A stretch of DNA of 64,000 nucleotides from Lytechinus pictus (taxonomy: Eukaryota), in the NCBI RefSeq assembly GCF_037042905.1, contig NC_087251.1:46626001-46690000 (forward strand). The letters are read 5' to 3'. The position numbers were made by a program, and so were the translations under genes. The stretch's first letter is position 1; each line of letters begins with the position of its first letter. The notes beneath the pieces were generated by a model. That model was not told the origin of the DNA, made no database searches, and worked only from the letters and a program-made list of their open reading frames with translations. Of this stretch, positions 40,226 to 60,211 are shown one piece after another.

Positions 40226-41893
40226 TTTTTTTCTTTAAATGGCTTATTTTAATCGAAATATTGCGAACGCCTTGATATATATGTACGTCTAGGCTGGGGA
40301 CCAAGATAAAATTTGATATGCGAAGGGCAACTGACAGACAAAACAAATTATCATTATTTGCATTTCCAGAGGTGAAGTGGCGCTATTACAAGCCTATAGC
40401 GGGGGAGAGGGGGGGGGGGGGCTTGGGGATACCTGCCCCCTAAAAGATTCCACGACCGATAAAATACGAAAAGGAAGGGCTACTGTTGTAGGCGTATAGA
40501 TGGGAGATTGGGAGCCCACCCAAAAATATGGTTCTATGACCAATAAAGAAATAATTCAAGATAAATTAGATTAAAGGAAAGAGGATGAAATATATGCAAT
40601 AGCTTCGATATTGTGTCGATTAATATCCATCCTACAATTACATTTTCATTTCAAAATGGTCAACATTTTCAGTCGCTCACGACTCTTTAGAATTTGCCCC
40701 CCTCTTCCCCTTTTCTCAGTGCCCCCCCCCCCCCTCCTCCCAGTTTGTTGGGCTCATTGCGCCATTGATATAGGGGCCGATTCAGATGAATGAGATGGAA
40801 GGACCCTATAATGAATTGTCGCTATTTGCATTTACAGCGGTGATTGGATCCAAAGGTATGTGAAGGTGTTTTTTTTTCTTCAAACCATCATTGGTCCCTA
40901 CCATTTTTATTGATATTCATATCTTGAAGATGTTTTCAACAATATCAACATCGTCCCCTATTTATGTACATAAAAAAAATCGTCATCTCGATACAGACTG
41001 TTGTTTCACGGTGATTGAACTGGGATCTTCCCTCAATATCGTCACATCGGCAACATCGATCCAAACCGACCAATGATTTGTCATTGGAACTTAACGTAAT
41101 AGCTTTGATCGGTCTGCAAGCCGATTTCGTTGGTGTGACTGTAAAATTATATACCACGCAAAACTTCCCTATTCCAACCGAACTCAATATTGACAGTGAT
41201 ATTCCGTTTCATCCAATGTCCGTTCCAAAGTTTATGGAATTATCATCTTTTAATATTGTTGCGCTTCATAAAAGCATTATTGTTATCACCATCATCATTC
41301 ATTGTGATCAGTGCAATGAATGACAAGGACGGAATCATAAGGAGTTATAAAGTTCATCCCTCACATTATATCATTTTGACAGAATTCAATGTAGAATCAA
41401 TTCAATAGTAAATATTTTAAGAGTATTGTGCAAACAGTCAATCGTTGCATAAGTCCGAATTTCTGCCCTCGGCCTCTCTAACCTGCAACACCCCCTCATG
41501 TGAGGGTGCGGTTGTGGGTTCGCATTACGATTATACGTCCAATTTAATACGGTTTTCCATTAAAAAGATAGGAGAAAGTAGAACCATAAAATAAGAGGTT
41601 GCATGATATCGAGGATGATGAGAGAAGAGGAGAAGAAGAAAAAGAACTTAGCAGAAGAAGATGACGGAGAAGATCGAGAAGAAAAAGAACAAGAAGAGAA
41701 AGAAGAAGGAGAAGAAATGGAGTACATTGTTAGAAAATTTATCCTTAAAATAAAAGAAGTTCCTGCAGCAGAGTCTCGAGAACACCTGTAATCTTACCAG
41801 ATTGCGTAATCTTACAGGAAATTGGTATTTGGTGTATGGAATCTTACAAACTTCCTTTAAAAAAAACCCTTTTCCCCTTTTTAAACAGACCTG

Positions 41894-42064
41894 GGGGCCG
41901 TTTCATAAAGCTGTTCGTAAGTTAAGAGCGACTTTAAGAACGACTGGTGAACCTTTCTTACGCGCTTAATCATCGCCACTAAATATGTCATTTACCACAA
42001 GAAAGGATCACCAGTCATTCTTAAAGTCGCTCTTAGCTTACGAACAGCTTTATGAAACACCCAC
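41894..42064. mobile_element. MITE family A, copy 3
   Basis: Same TIRs as 7-175; CTG/CTG duplication; inserted in an older repeat. Confidence 0.85.
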
Positions 42065-43974
42065 CTGTTCTGTTAAATTGCAGAAAATTCATGTTATATG
42101 AATTTACAGAATGATTCTGTTATCGCTTTCTGCAAAATCTGTTTTTTCCTGTAAAATCAGGTTTTTTTAAACAGTGTAGCAAGTACCAAACTGAATTACA
42201 TAATGATAAAATAGATGATTGAAACCAAAACTGCATCTGATATAAATTGAGATTTGTTTTGACCAGGCCTAGTTGGTGGTGGACGAGGATATAAAGAACT
42301 GGACTAACTAGGCGTCCACAAATACTTCAAGTGGGCCAGATATGGCGGATGAAGCAAAAGTTATAAGATGCGAGCGAGCAAATATTGGAATTTTCTTTCA
42401 ATGCAAAAATATAATTTTTAGATAATTTGTTATCTAATATTCAGAAAATAATATAATTTTCACACTTTCGCTCTTCAGTCTTGCCTTTTCTCCTTTTATT
42501 GTGTCGTTTTTTTTTGGGGGGGGGGGCATGCCCCCCCCCCCCCCCCATGTGCCCCCATTTGTTGTAAGCCAATGGGGCTATCAGACAATGACAAGCGATC
42601 GGAATTCAGAGAGATACCACAAGAAACATTCATTAGGCACTTGACTCAAATGCAGGCAAAAGGTCAACATTTCTTGCAGGTAACTCAATACTTTAATCAT
42701 GACTTTGAAACAAACGATGACATTCGTATTTGTTGAGTGTTCGACTAAAAGATTTATTATTAATGAGATAGTGCATTGATAAAACAATGATAAAATAATG
42801 CATAATCATTCTTGTAGGATTTTCAGAAATTATATACATGAATAGGTCAAATGTTCAGATGGACTTTCTTTAGTGTATTGATAAAACAATAGTTTAAAAA
42901 TGCAAAGTCATTCTTTTATAAATTTTATATATTATAGGAATTATGGATTAAGGCTTTTATCACACGTTGTGCAAGTTGAAAAACTCATGGTCATGTAAAA
43001 CCTCGTCATGGTTACATATCACTTGTAACTCAAAGGTATGCCAATATAATGATATGGGTTATTGGTTTGAAAAAGAAATCTCTGTCGTTTCAGTTTGAAC
43101 ATCTGATGCCAATATTCACACACATACTCTTGGGAAACGAGTTTGAGTCAACAATGAATATTGTATACTTTTTGGTCAAAGTCAATTGGTTTATTTTCAA
43201 CTGCAAAGAGATACACCCCCCTGCCACCAATGTGACATAATTTTCCTTTTCGTTGACAAGGCTATTGTGCAATCAATGCCTTGAAGTATGAAGGATTAGG
43301 TAAAAAAGAAGTTTGTGAAAATATTAGTGAGAGGACAAAGTGTACGCATTATAGGTTGATATTAAAGTTCAAGTTTGAAAACAGCAGTATATTGATATAA
43401 ACTTATTATATTTCATGGAATAGTATAAAGGAAATTAAAATAAACACCAGAAAATGTTTGTTTCGTTTCTTCAAAATTTTGAAAAAGGATGCGTGTGATC
43501 AGACAAGAGAGATGAGTATAGAGGTGAATAAAGATGGTAAACAGAGGGCTCTATGTAAACATGTCTTTTCAAGAAACTATTCTAACTATTTAGACAAAAT
43601 ATTTATTGTAACCCTAACTAGGCCGGCCTAGTTAGTAAATCATACAGCAGGGGTGGGGTCCCCCATCTCGTTTTTTTTACGGTTGTTTTTACGGACAAAG
43701 TTCAACAACTTAATTCATTTTGCCGCAAACTATTTCCAATTGCAGTAGCTACAGAGAAGTAAGTTAAAAACAATGAATACTGAAACCTACACGTTAAAAT
43801 ATGATAAAACGTATACAGGTAGCTGGAAAGCGCATTATATACATTATCATTTCATGAAGAAGATCTGTGTATTGTATCTGGAAAAAAAAAATAGCCAACA
43901 AGGGGCTCTTTCATAAAGCACTTCGTAAGGTTTATGTTTTTCACCCGATTCTCGTCATATAGCTTGCGATGTAA

Positions 43975-51773
<7,799 letters not shown>

Positions 51774-52965
51774 CGGTTCGACAATTAATAACCGACTGAG
51801 CTGTTAGTCGTTTCATGGGCGAGTCTTATAGGTCAATCGCAACCAAAGTATCGATATCCTGATACTCTATTATGATACTCTGACAATACATTCTTTCAGT
51901 CAATATTGATCAGATCGACTGATCTTTAAACGGAACGCCTACTTTTAGCCAGTTACGGTAAATAACTGTTGAAATGATAAATTTGATCATCCCACAACAA
52001 AGAAGGATCTGTTTTGTAACCTTTTTGGTCAAATAAGCTGATGCTTGCCAATCTCCTTTGACTGGTTAGATTACCCTTTACAAACTCACAATAAAAGACA
52101 CCTTGGTCTGGTTGTGAAACTAAAAAATTCTACTATGATATAACCCCCAAAATAATGACTGAACATTATTTTTGGAGGTGCAATCAGATGTTGACTGATA
52201 AAAGAGAATATAAACATTATGGTGAACTATGATATTCCATTCAAACTATGATTTATTGTACTGTTCTTTTTATTAGTTGTGCCTGATCTTTTTTAGGGGC
52301 TTTTGTTTCTTTCTTTTTTCTTTTATCCCTCCCTCCCACCCTCCCTCTTCCCCATATATTCGCGGACGGCGAAGGGGGTGACCGCACCCGCGCCTGCATG
52401 GGAGAGGGGTCTCTTGATATCCAGACCACGATTATTGGTCTTTGTGTTAATTAGCCCCAGTTATACATTCAGCGTCATCGTAATCATAAGAAAGTAAACC
52501 CCTCAAAAAAAGTTTGGAAATCTGTGTTTGGCCATTAATTTCTCCCAACTCCCAATTTTACACAATGCATATTTTACATCATTCAAAAGATCATTTAATT
52601 CTTTTTAAAATGATACCATGCTTGTTATGATCATGCCATCACGAAAAGAGCAGGATTGAAAAGTGTTGGATGAGGTCTGAATTGAAAAGCTGCAAAACGA
52701 GCAAAAAAAGTTTGGAAATCTGTGTTTGGCCATTAATTTCTCCCAACTCCCAATTTTACACAATGCATATTTTACATCATTCAAAAGATCATTTAATTCT
52801 TTTTCAAATGATATCATGCTTGTTATGATCATGCCATCACGAAAAGAGCAGGATTGAAAAGTGTTGGATAAGGTCTGAATTGAAAAGCTGCAAAACGAGC
52901 AAAGAAAAAAGTTTGGAAATCTGAGTTTGGCCATTAATTTCTCCCATCTTCCAATTTTACACAAT

Positions 52966-55051
52966 AACAATAAATTATTTCAATCTGGACTGGAAAAATC
53001 CAGATTTTGTCAAAATATTATGCCAAATTGTATTTTACTTAACAAATACGAGGATAATAATATATTTTCCTTTTCAGACATATCAAAAAGAATGAAAAAC
53101 ATTTTACAACACATCATTCATGTAAAAAAAAGTGACATTTTAAATTTCAATCATTCACACTGAGTCAACTCATGAAGAATCACTTTAACAATTCACGCTT
53201 GCAATTCAAACATCAAATAAATTGGGAAAGAAAAGAGCAAAATCGGTTAAAGATATACAATTTATTTCACAAAACAAATCCAAAAGAGAACTTTACAATT
53301 ATTCAACAATAAATACGATTGAATATCATTGAGCAAACAACATTGTTTGAAAAAATGTATAAGCTTGTATCTTGAAGGTGGTCGGATTTGTATAAGTTAT
53401 AAACATGGACTTTAAAACCAGAATAGTTTTAGGGATAAGCTTATACCTCGTCATGTAGCCAGTATATCATATAAACTCATATAATTGAAACTGGATAATT
53501 AGGGTATAAGCTTATACCTCGACACGAAAGCCAGACAGTTTGAGGGATTAGCTTATATCTGTATCATACTCTGCACTGCATGAGGTAGTACGAATCACCA
53601 AAAAGGGATAAGCTTATACCAGTAGGATACTCTACAATGTATGAAGTAATACAAATCAAGAAGGATAAACGTATCCCTGTACAATACTCTGTCATGTATG
53701 AGGTAATGCAAATCAAATGGGATAAGCTTATCCTGTTTGATTTGTACTGCCTCATACATTGCAGAGTATCGCACAGGGATAAGCTTATCCCATTTGATTT
53801 GTACTACCTTATACATTGTAGAGTATCAAACAGGGATAAGCTTATCCCATTTGATTTGTATTGCCTCATACATTGCAGAGTATCGCACAGGGATAAGCTT
53901 ATCCCTTTTGATATGTATTGCCTCATACATTGCAGAGTATCATACAGGTATAAGCTTATCCCTTTTGATTTGTATTGCCTCATACATTGCAAAGTATCCT
54001 ACAGGTATAAGCTTATCCCTTTTGATTTGTATTACCTCATACATTTTAGAGTATCCTACAGGTATAAGCTTATCCCTTTGATTTGTATTACCTCATACAT
54101 TGCTGAGTATCATACAGGTATAAGCTTATCCCATTTGATTTGTACTACTTCATGCATTGCAGAGTATCGCACAGGGATAAGCTTATCCCATTTGATTTGT
54201 ACTACCTTATACATTGTAGAGTATCAAACAGGGATAAGCTTATCCCATTTGATTTGTATTGCCTCATACATTGCAGAGTATCGCACAGGGATAAGCTTAT
54301 CCCTTTTGATATGTATTGCCTCATACATTGCAGAGTATCATACAGGTATAAGCTTATCCCTTTTGATTTGTATTGCCTCATACATTGCAAAGTATCATAC
54401 AGGTATAAGCTTATCCCATTTGATTTGTATTACCTCATACATTGCAGAATATCCTACAGGTATAAGCTTATCCCTTTTTATTTGTATTACCTCATACATT
54501 GCAGAGTATCCTTCAGGTATAAGCTTATCCCGTTTGATTTGTATTACCTCATACATTGCAGAGTATCCTACAAGTATAAGCTTATCCCTTTTTATTTGTA
54601 TTGCCTCATACATTGCAGAGTATCATACAGGTATAAGCTTATCCCTTTTGATATGTATTACCTCATACATTGCAGAGTATCATACAGGTATAAGCTTATC
54701 CCTTTTGATTTGTATTACCTCATACTTTGCTGTACATACACACATTTATAGTTATTCTATCGAATGACAAATTAAATCAAACAAATATTATATGAAAAGA
54801 TATTACATAGTCTAATTGTGATGTATTGCTGTTTTGAATTGTAATATGTGAATTAAAACATGTGATGGAGAGAGAATGGTTGAATTGGTGATTTCAATGA
54901 GCTAATAGCACTAATTTATCTACCTTTTTCTACAAAATTTCGACCAGATGTCCTTACAAAAGGAACAATATTACAGCAAAAATGCACCTTTTGTGTGATT
55001 TTGAGCAGTCCATTTTTGGTCTTTTTGTCCAAATTGAAATAATTTATTGTT
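52966..55051. mobile_element. Nested TIR element with a 4-bp TSD that carries the 57-bp satellite
   Basis: 25-bp TIRs AACAATAAATTATTTCAATCTGGAC / GTCCAAATTGAAATAATTTATTGTT (24/25 match); CAAT duplicated at 52962-52965 and 55052-55055. Confidence 0.85.
53430..54730. repeat. 57-bp tandem repeat with palindromic core GGGATAAGCTTATCCC
   Basis: About 18 forward units at 53718-54730, about 3 reverse-oriented units at 53546-53718, and isolated cores at 53432 and 53502. Confidence 0.95.
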
Positions 55052-55811
55052 CAATGCATATTTGATATCATTCAAAAGATCATTTAATTCTCTTTAAAAT
55101 GGTATACCATGCTTGTTATGATCATGCTATTACGAAAAGAGCAGGATTCAAAAGTTTTGGATGAGGTCTGAATTGAAAAGCTGCAAAACGAGCAGAAATA
55201 ATCATGAAGGGTCAATTACAGAACATGATTCTTTTGTCAGTGTAAATAGAGATGAAAATCCATTCAAATAAGCCCCTGCTTCTGTACAGTAGTATAGTGA
55301 TGGTTCTGTGAGATAACATGGTTTGGGACTTTGAGTCGTGGTTTGAAATACCCATGCATGTTTGTTTGTTTGTTATGTGTTTACTTGTGCAGAGGTGTGT
55401 TTGATTCCATGTTGATGTTGATAAGGTAACCGCTGAGAAACTCACTCATCACCACTGAAAAAAGAACAGTGACTTTCAATATTGTGTCATTTTGAAACTT
55501 TTGAATTTTGACTTGCCCCATATTTCAAGGCACTGCACCTCCATGTGAACCATAATCATATCATGTAGGGTATCATTTTAAAGATAATTAAATGCTCTAT
55601 TCATTTATATTAATTACACATTAATTTTTACTAAAACCGAGGAGGGGTTATCGATCAAAGTCATATTTCCAAACTTTTTTTGAGGAGTTTATCAAAAGCA
55701 AATTCGTCAAAATTACCAAGATCGCAATACGTTAAAAAAAAACATGCCTTTCATATATGTAAAATTGACTTTTCGTAAAACCTGAGCTCAACGTTGGGCT
55801 ATACAAAATAT

Positions 55812-55813
55812 AC

Positions 55814-55852
<39 letters not shown>

Positions 55853-55860
55853 AACTACTA
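55812..55860. repeat. (TAC)n/(CAC)n microsatellite
   Basis: Directly visible. Confidence 0.9.
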
Positions 55861-55864
55861 GTGA

Positions 55865-57286
55865 CATAGGCGGATCCAGGGGGCCGAGGGCCCCGCCCCC
55901 CCCCTCCCCCTATTGGCGGAGCAAAAAAAAAGAGAAAGAAGGGAAAGAAAGAAAAAAAGAGGGAAAGAGATAAAAAAAGAAGAAGAAGACGAGTGAATAA
56001 ATTAAGTTGAGGGGAGACTTGGAAAACAAGCAACAACAACAAAATATTTCATGTCACTACATAAAATTTTTGCTCGCAATTCGCGCTCGCATTGCCTGTT
56101 AGGTGATTTATATATCTTGCTCAATATAGAAGTCAATAAACAAAACATACTTCAGGTCGGAAATCGAACTTTCGTTATTTTGTTTGATTTACAAATTGAT
56201 TTTTTGATAAGTGCTCTGTAAAAATGTCAGTTTTATGGTCTGAATATTAAAATTTTCTGCTCGCGCTACGCGCTCGCAAAATTTGATTTGTCAGGTACTT
56301 ATTATTTTTGTGTATTCCATAAACTTCTCAAAATATCCCTATTCAGGTCTGATTGTCAAAACGTATATCAGCTAGCGCTGCACGCTCGCATTTTGATTGA
56401 TGAGTTATGTATATCCCAACATTAATTTTATAAGAACAATGTCGTCTCGCGATTTGCGCTCGCATTGATTGTTAAAAATATATTAACTCATGCATCCTAT
56501 TCATAATGACAAAAGTGCTTGAAATTTCCAGTTTTCAGCCCATATAATATTAAGAGATTTCGCGCTCTTATTAGGTTCATTAGATTAATGAATAAGATAT
56601 TAATTTAATAATCTAATTGTTTCTTTTTTAAGAATATAGTATTGACAAGTTTCATCTCGCGCTTAGAAATAGGAAAAGGAAGATATTCATTATTTTGATA
56701 TGATGACATAATGTCCCTAGAATGTCCCGATCCTATGTAAAAACTCTAAATAATAATAATGAAAATGTCAGTTCTTTGAGTGCGGTCCATATCCACCTAA
56801 CAATTTTCCTACAAAGTGCTTGAAATATAGAGCTTAAATTGACAATTTTTCCGATTGGAATATGAAATATTTTAAGCTCGCGCTTCGCGCTCGCTTTATT
56901 AATTTTCATGAAAAAAAAATGTACTAAGTATTTAAAATGCCCAGATTCTAGGTCTAAATCTGAAATACGTGCGCCTCATGTTTAATCAGATACGCTGCTT
57001 TTTCTCTATTTAAATCATTGTCCAGTTCCAGATCAGAATATCCAATTTTTTTCTGCTCGCGCTTTGCGCTCGCATTGTATCCCCAATTATTAATCCGTTT
57101 CATGATTTACAAAGCATGAATAGAGTGTCCCGTTTTTATGTCTAAATCTCGAATTTTTCAGCTCGCGCTTCGCGCTCGCATCAATTTTTTAGTTATATAC
57201 CTATCCTGTTCACAATTACAAAAGGTGCTTAGAATTTCCATTCTTTAGTTAGAAATGTCAAAAATTTTCAACGGGATCCGCCCCTG
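55865..57286. mobile_element. hAT-like non-autonomous element with a 5-bp TSD and repeated GCTCGCGCTTCGCGCTCGC motifs
   Basis: AGTGA|CATAGGCGGATCC...GGATCCGCCCCTG|AGTGA. Motif copies at ~56072, 56258, 56371, 56444, 56876, 57055 and 57161. Confidence 0.8.
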
Positions 57287-57817
57287 AGTGATAATAATAA
57301 TAATGATGATGATGATGATAGCTGGATATACAGTGCTTTTTACCTGATGATTATAATCGCTCCTATTATTACCCCGGATCTAGCTCGAGCTACCAACGAC
57401 CCATAGCGCATTCAAAGCAATAATCCTGCCATACCTATATATTAAGTGAGTACAACCAGGGTACTTATATTCCTTCTATAATACCGTTTCAGTCCGATGC
57501 CAAACAAAGCATATTAAAATTCATTATTGCAGGCCTATTCAAGAACAAAATAATATTAGGTTCAAAGTCGTCATAAGAAAGTTATTGTGACGTTGTTCCT
57601 CGCACATGCGCATAATGCGATCAGTCTTCTCGTTGCGCCTGTGCCAAACATCGACCATGGGAACGGTTTTGTTTGTTCACTTACCACATCACCGTTCGTG
57701 TATAATAATGATTGCGGATTATTAATTTTAATTAGAAAATATATGCCAATGCCTAAAGATGAAAACAAAATTTCTGAAGGAGACACAAATCAATGCATAT
57801 CACTTCACTGCTATTGA

Positions 57818-59572
57818 ATGTCTTCAATGAGAACATTCTTATTTCTGAAGATGGATAATCAGCGTTTCTCCGATGAGAAAAGGTTTCGTCAACCTCTTGG
57901 TGGACGCAATGTGTGTATATTGGACGATATAGACAGTGTGCTTGATGAGAGGATATTTAGAATCCTCCGAAGGTAGATCATATTGGTATTTTTTTCATAT
58001 TATTTGTGACAGAATGTTTAGTCCCGTATTATAGGCCTATACTGTTGGATGTTGGCTAGTGGTCGGACGAAAAGAACTAGATTGTACAGTATATCTAAAA
58101 TGATAAAACTATTGAAGGCAGTAATCATGTAACACGTTATGTCAAATTTAAAGCAAAATCTTATTACGTAATAACATATTAAATGATTCTTGTTTAACCG
58201 CAGGGCGCCTTTGTAAAGCATTTTTTTTTCAAAACTGAATAGGTCAAGTTAACTTCCCTGCAGTATAACACAAATAAAACAAAAATATATATATTCCATT
58301 CAACACGTTTCATTTTCAAGATGCTTTAATAAATCAAATTCTATCCTGCGTAATGCACACAGGGCTATCAAAAGATGGGAAAGACGTTCTAATTTAGAAT
58401 CTTCGAACCATAACCATGTTTGGCAAACGGGTACCAGTCAAGATGAAATACAAATTGAACACAAGCGAAAAATGCAAGAACTCGACGACGCTATTCAGCG
58501 ATTGCGTAAAGACCTTAACCTGAAGCAAACAGTACGAAATGAAAACGAGCAATCTGTCAAAGAAGATGATCATGATGACATTGCATTAACCATCGGCGAA
58601 AGTCCGGAAAGGTCTGGAAAGGTCGCCAACGATGAGAAGGATCAAGACGACCTGGCTGAGAGAAGCGCTCAGCTTCCGTTCGATGACCAGAAATCTTCGA
58701 AACAATTATTGGAAACACGTCTCCGTCAGAGTGAACTACAGCAAACAGCGCATGTCAAAGTATCTCGAAAACCACCGATTGCATCCAAAAACACGTCACC
58801 ATGGGTGTCAAGTGCATCATCCTGCGCACATGCTACCAATTTCATGGCAAAGTTCCATGCCACAGAAGAGCAGATAGCGAGTATCTCGGACCAAAGGATG
58901 ACGAATTCCGATGACGCGCCAACGTCCAATTTATCGGCGTCGCAGGATCATGCAGAGCTTCGTGATAGAATGACGAACGTTCGCAAGACATATACAGGAG
59001 CAGTTCAGCATTCGGCGATCACCCAGGATACTAGCCCTCGGCCTCCGGAAGTTCAATTACGATATCTCCAGAGGCATGTAAGAGATGAAGTTTTTAACGA
59101 CTGGAGTAAAAATGTTAGGTTTTCGGGTATCCCTACAAGAAAGGTGGACCATAAAATAACGTCGTCCTTTCCACCGAAAGGGTGTACATCGGCTGACCGA
59201 CACCGTACGTACTTGCCGAACTGGAAACTTGACTTTGATATCAAAGAAACAACACCCGATGAAAGCTCGCAAGATGTTGAAGACAGAGTGGAGGATTTCT
59301 TTTCACAAGAGAACCCCATCTCATCAGTCGTTGGGGTTGGTTTATCTTCTCCATTGGGTGCGTCTGAACATGCTGCAGCAGGAAAGTCATCAAAACGACA
59401 ATGGGATATGAATGAGTCAATCAATAGGCCTATGTTTAATACCAATCAGATTAGGTACGATGCTATCAAGGTCATAGCAGAAATACAAATGAATGATTTA
59501 AAAGAAAGCTTCTCAGATTGGCAGAAGAAATTTTGGGAGAATCCCTTGCAACGAAAAATGGAAGCCATGTAG
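57818..59572 (+). CDS. Uncharacterised protein, 454 aa, 2 exons, probably largely disordered
   Basis: Exon 57818-57972 (MSSMRTFLFLKMDNQRFSDEKRFRQPLGGRNVCILDDIDSVLDERIFRILR, ending AG|GTAGAT) splices in phase 2 to CACAG|58363. That exon reads open into the 366-aa ORF ending at TAG 59572. The start could instead be a later Met. Confidence 0.65.
58120..58290 (+). mobile_element. LINE 3'-tail fragment in the intron of the uncharacterised gene
   Basis: CAGGGCGCCTTTGTAAAGCA...AACTGAA...CCCTGCAGTATAAA matches the tail at 62580-62645 in reverse. Confidence 0.65.
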
Positions 59573-60211
59573 AAATTGCCGTGTGCATGGAGACTTTGAA
59601 TTCCTCTCTTTCATCAAACGGCATTCTTTTGAAGTTTTCAAGTTGAAATAAGTTATTTTACCCGTTCCTTTGGGTCATGAATATTCCAGAATATCGATGC
59701 GACTTTTAATGATCCCTATGTTCGAGAGTGATTCATACTTTTCTTGATTAAAGCAGCTTCTTATTTGTTCGTTTCATTGTGGCAGTCAATATTATTTGGC
59801 ATCCAATCTTGTTGTTATAATCTACATATGGAGAAGAGAGAGACTGTGGTGTTAATCTGGTTCGAGCAGTGGGAGGGGAGGGTAAAAGCAATAAATTGAG
59901 CTTAAAATTCCAAATTTTGGGGACCCCCCTTCATTGACAAGATAAATGCATGCGGGTCTATATTACCGTGTACACAATACTACCATCTATATTTTTTTAG
60001 ATGGCTATTGTAATGTGTTTTGGTTAATATACTACATTATTTTAATGTGCACACTTAACTAAGGCAGAGGAGTTCCGACACTGTCTTTCAACAGCTGATT
60101 TTCCAAACTTTAGTTCCACCTCGCCGAGATGATGTGCATCCCCTATACCACTTTAGTTCCACTTCCCCAGGATGTGCACCTCCCCATGCTCAAACCAGCC
60201 TATTACTTTAT

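Larger units (their letters stand above)
52497..55689. mobile_element. TA-flanked Tc1-like non-autonomous element with a tandemly amplified left end
   Basis: TA|AACCCCTCAAAAAAAGTTTGGAAAT...ATTTCCAAACTTTTTTTGAGGAGTT|TA. A unit of about 198 bp starts at 52505, 52703 and ~52905; the third copy is split and resumes at 55052. Confidence 0.75.

Noticed and set aside
41603..41791. Glu/Lys-rich 62-aa ORF
   Set aside because: It is the translation of a degenerate (GAA)n purine tract, with no splice or homology support.
52605..52970. 121-aa internally repeated ORF
   Set aside because: It reflects the 198-bp (66-codon) tandem duplication of a transposon end.
53430..54730. CRISPR array (regularly spaced palindromic repeat)
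   Set aside because: The intervening 41-bp segments are near-identical rather than unique spacers, there are no cas genes, and the context is eukaryotic.
53637..54767. 376-aa ORF and overlapping Cys/Tyr-rich ORFs
   Set aside because: They result from a 57-bp (19-codon) unit lacking stops in some frames. The peptide switches register at a 1-bp deletion, and the ORF lies within a transposon.
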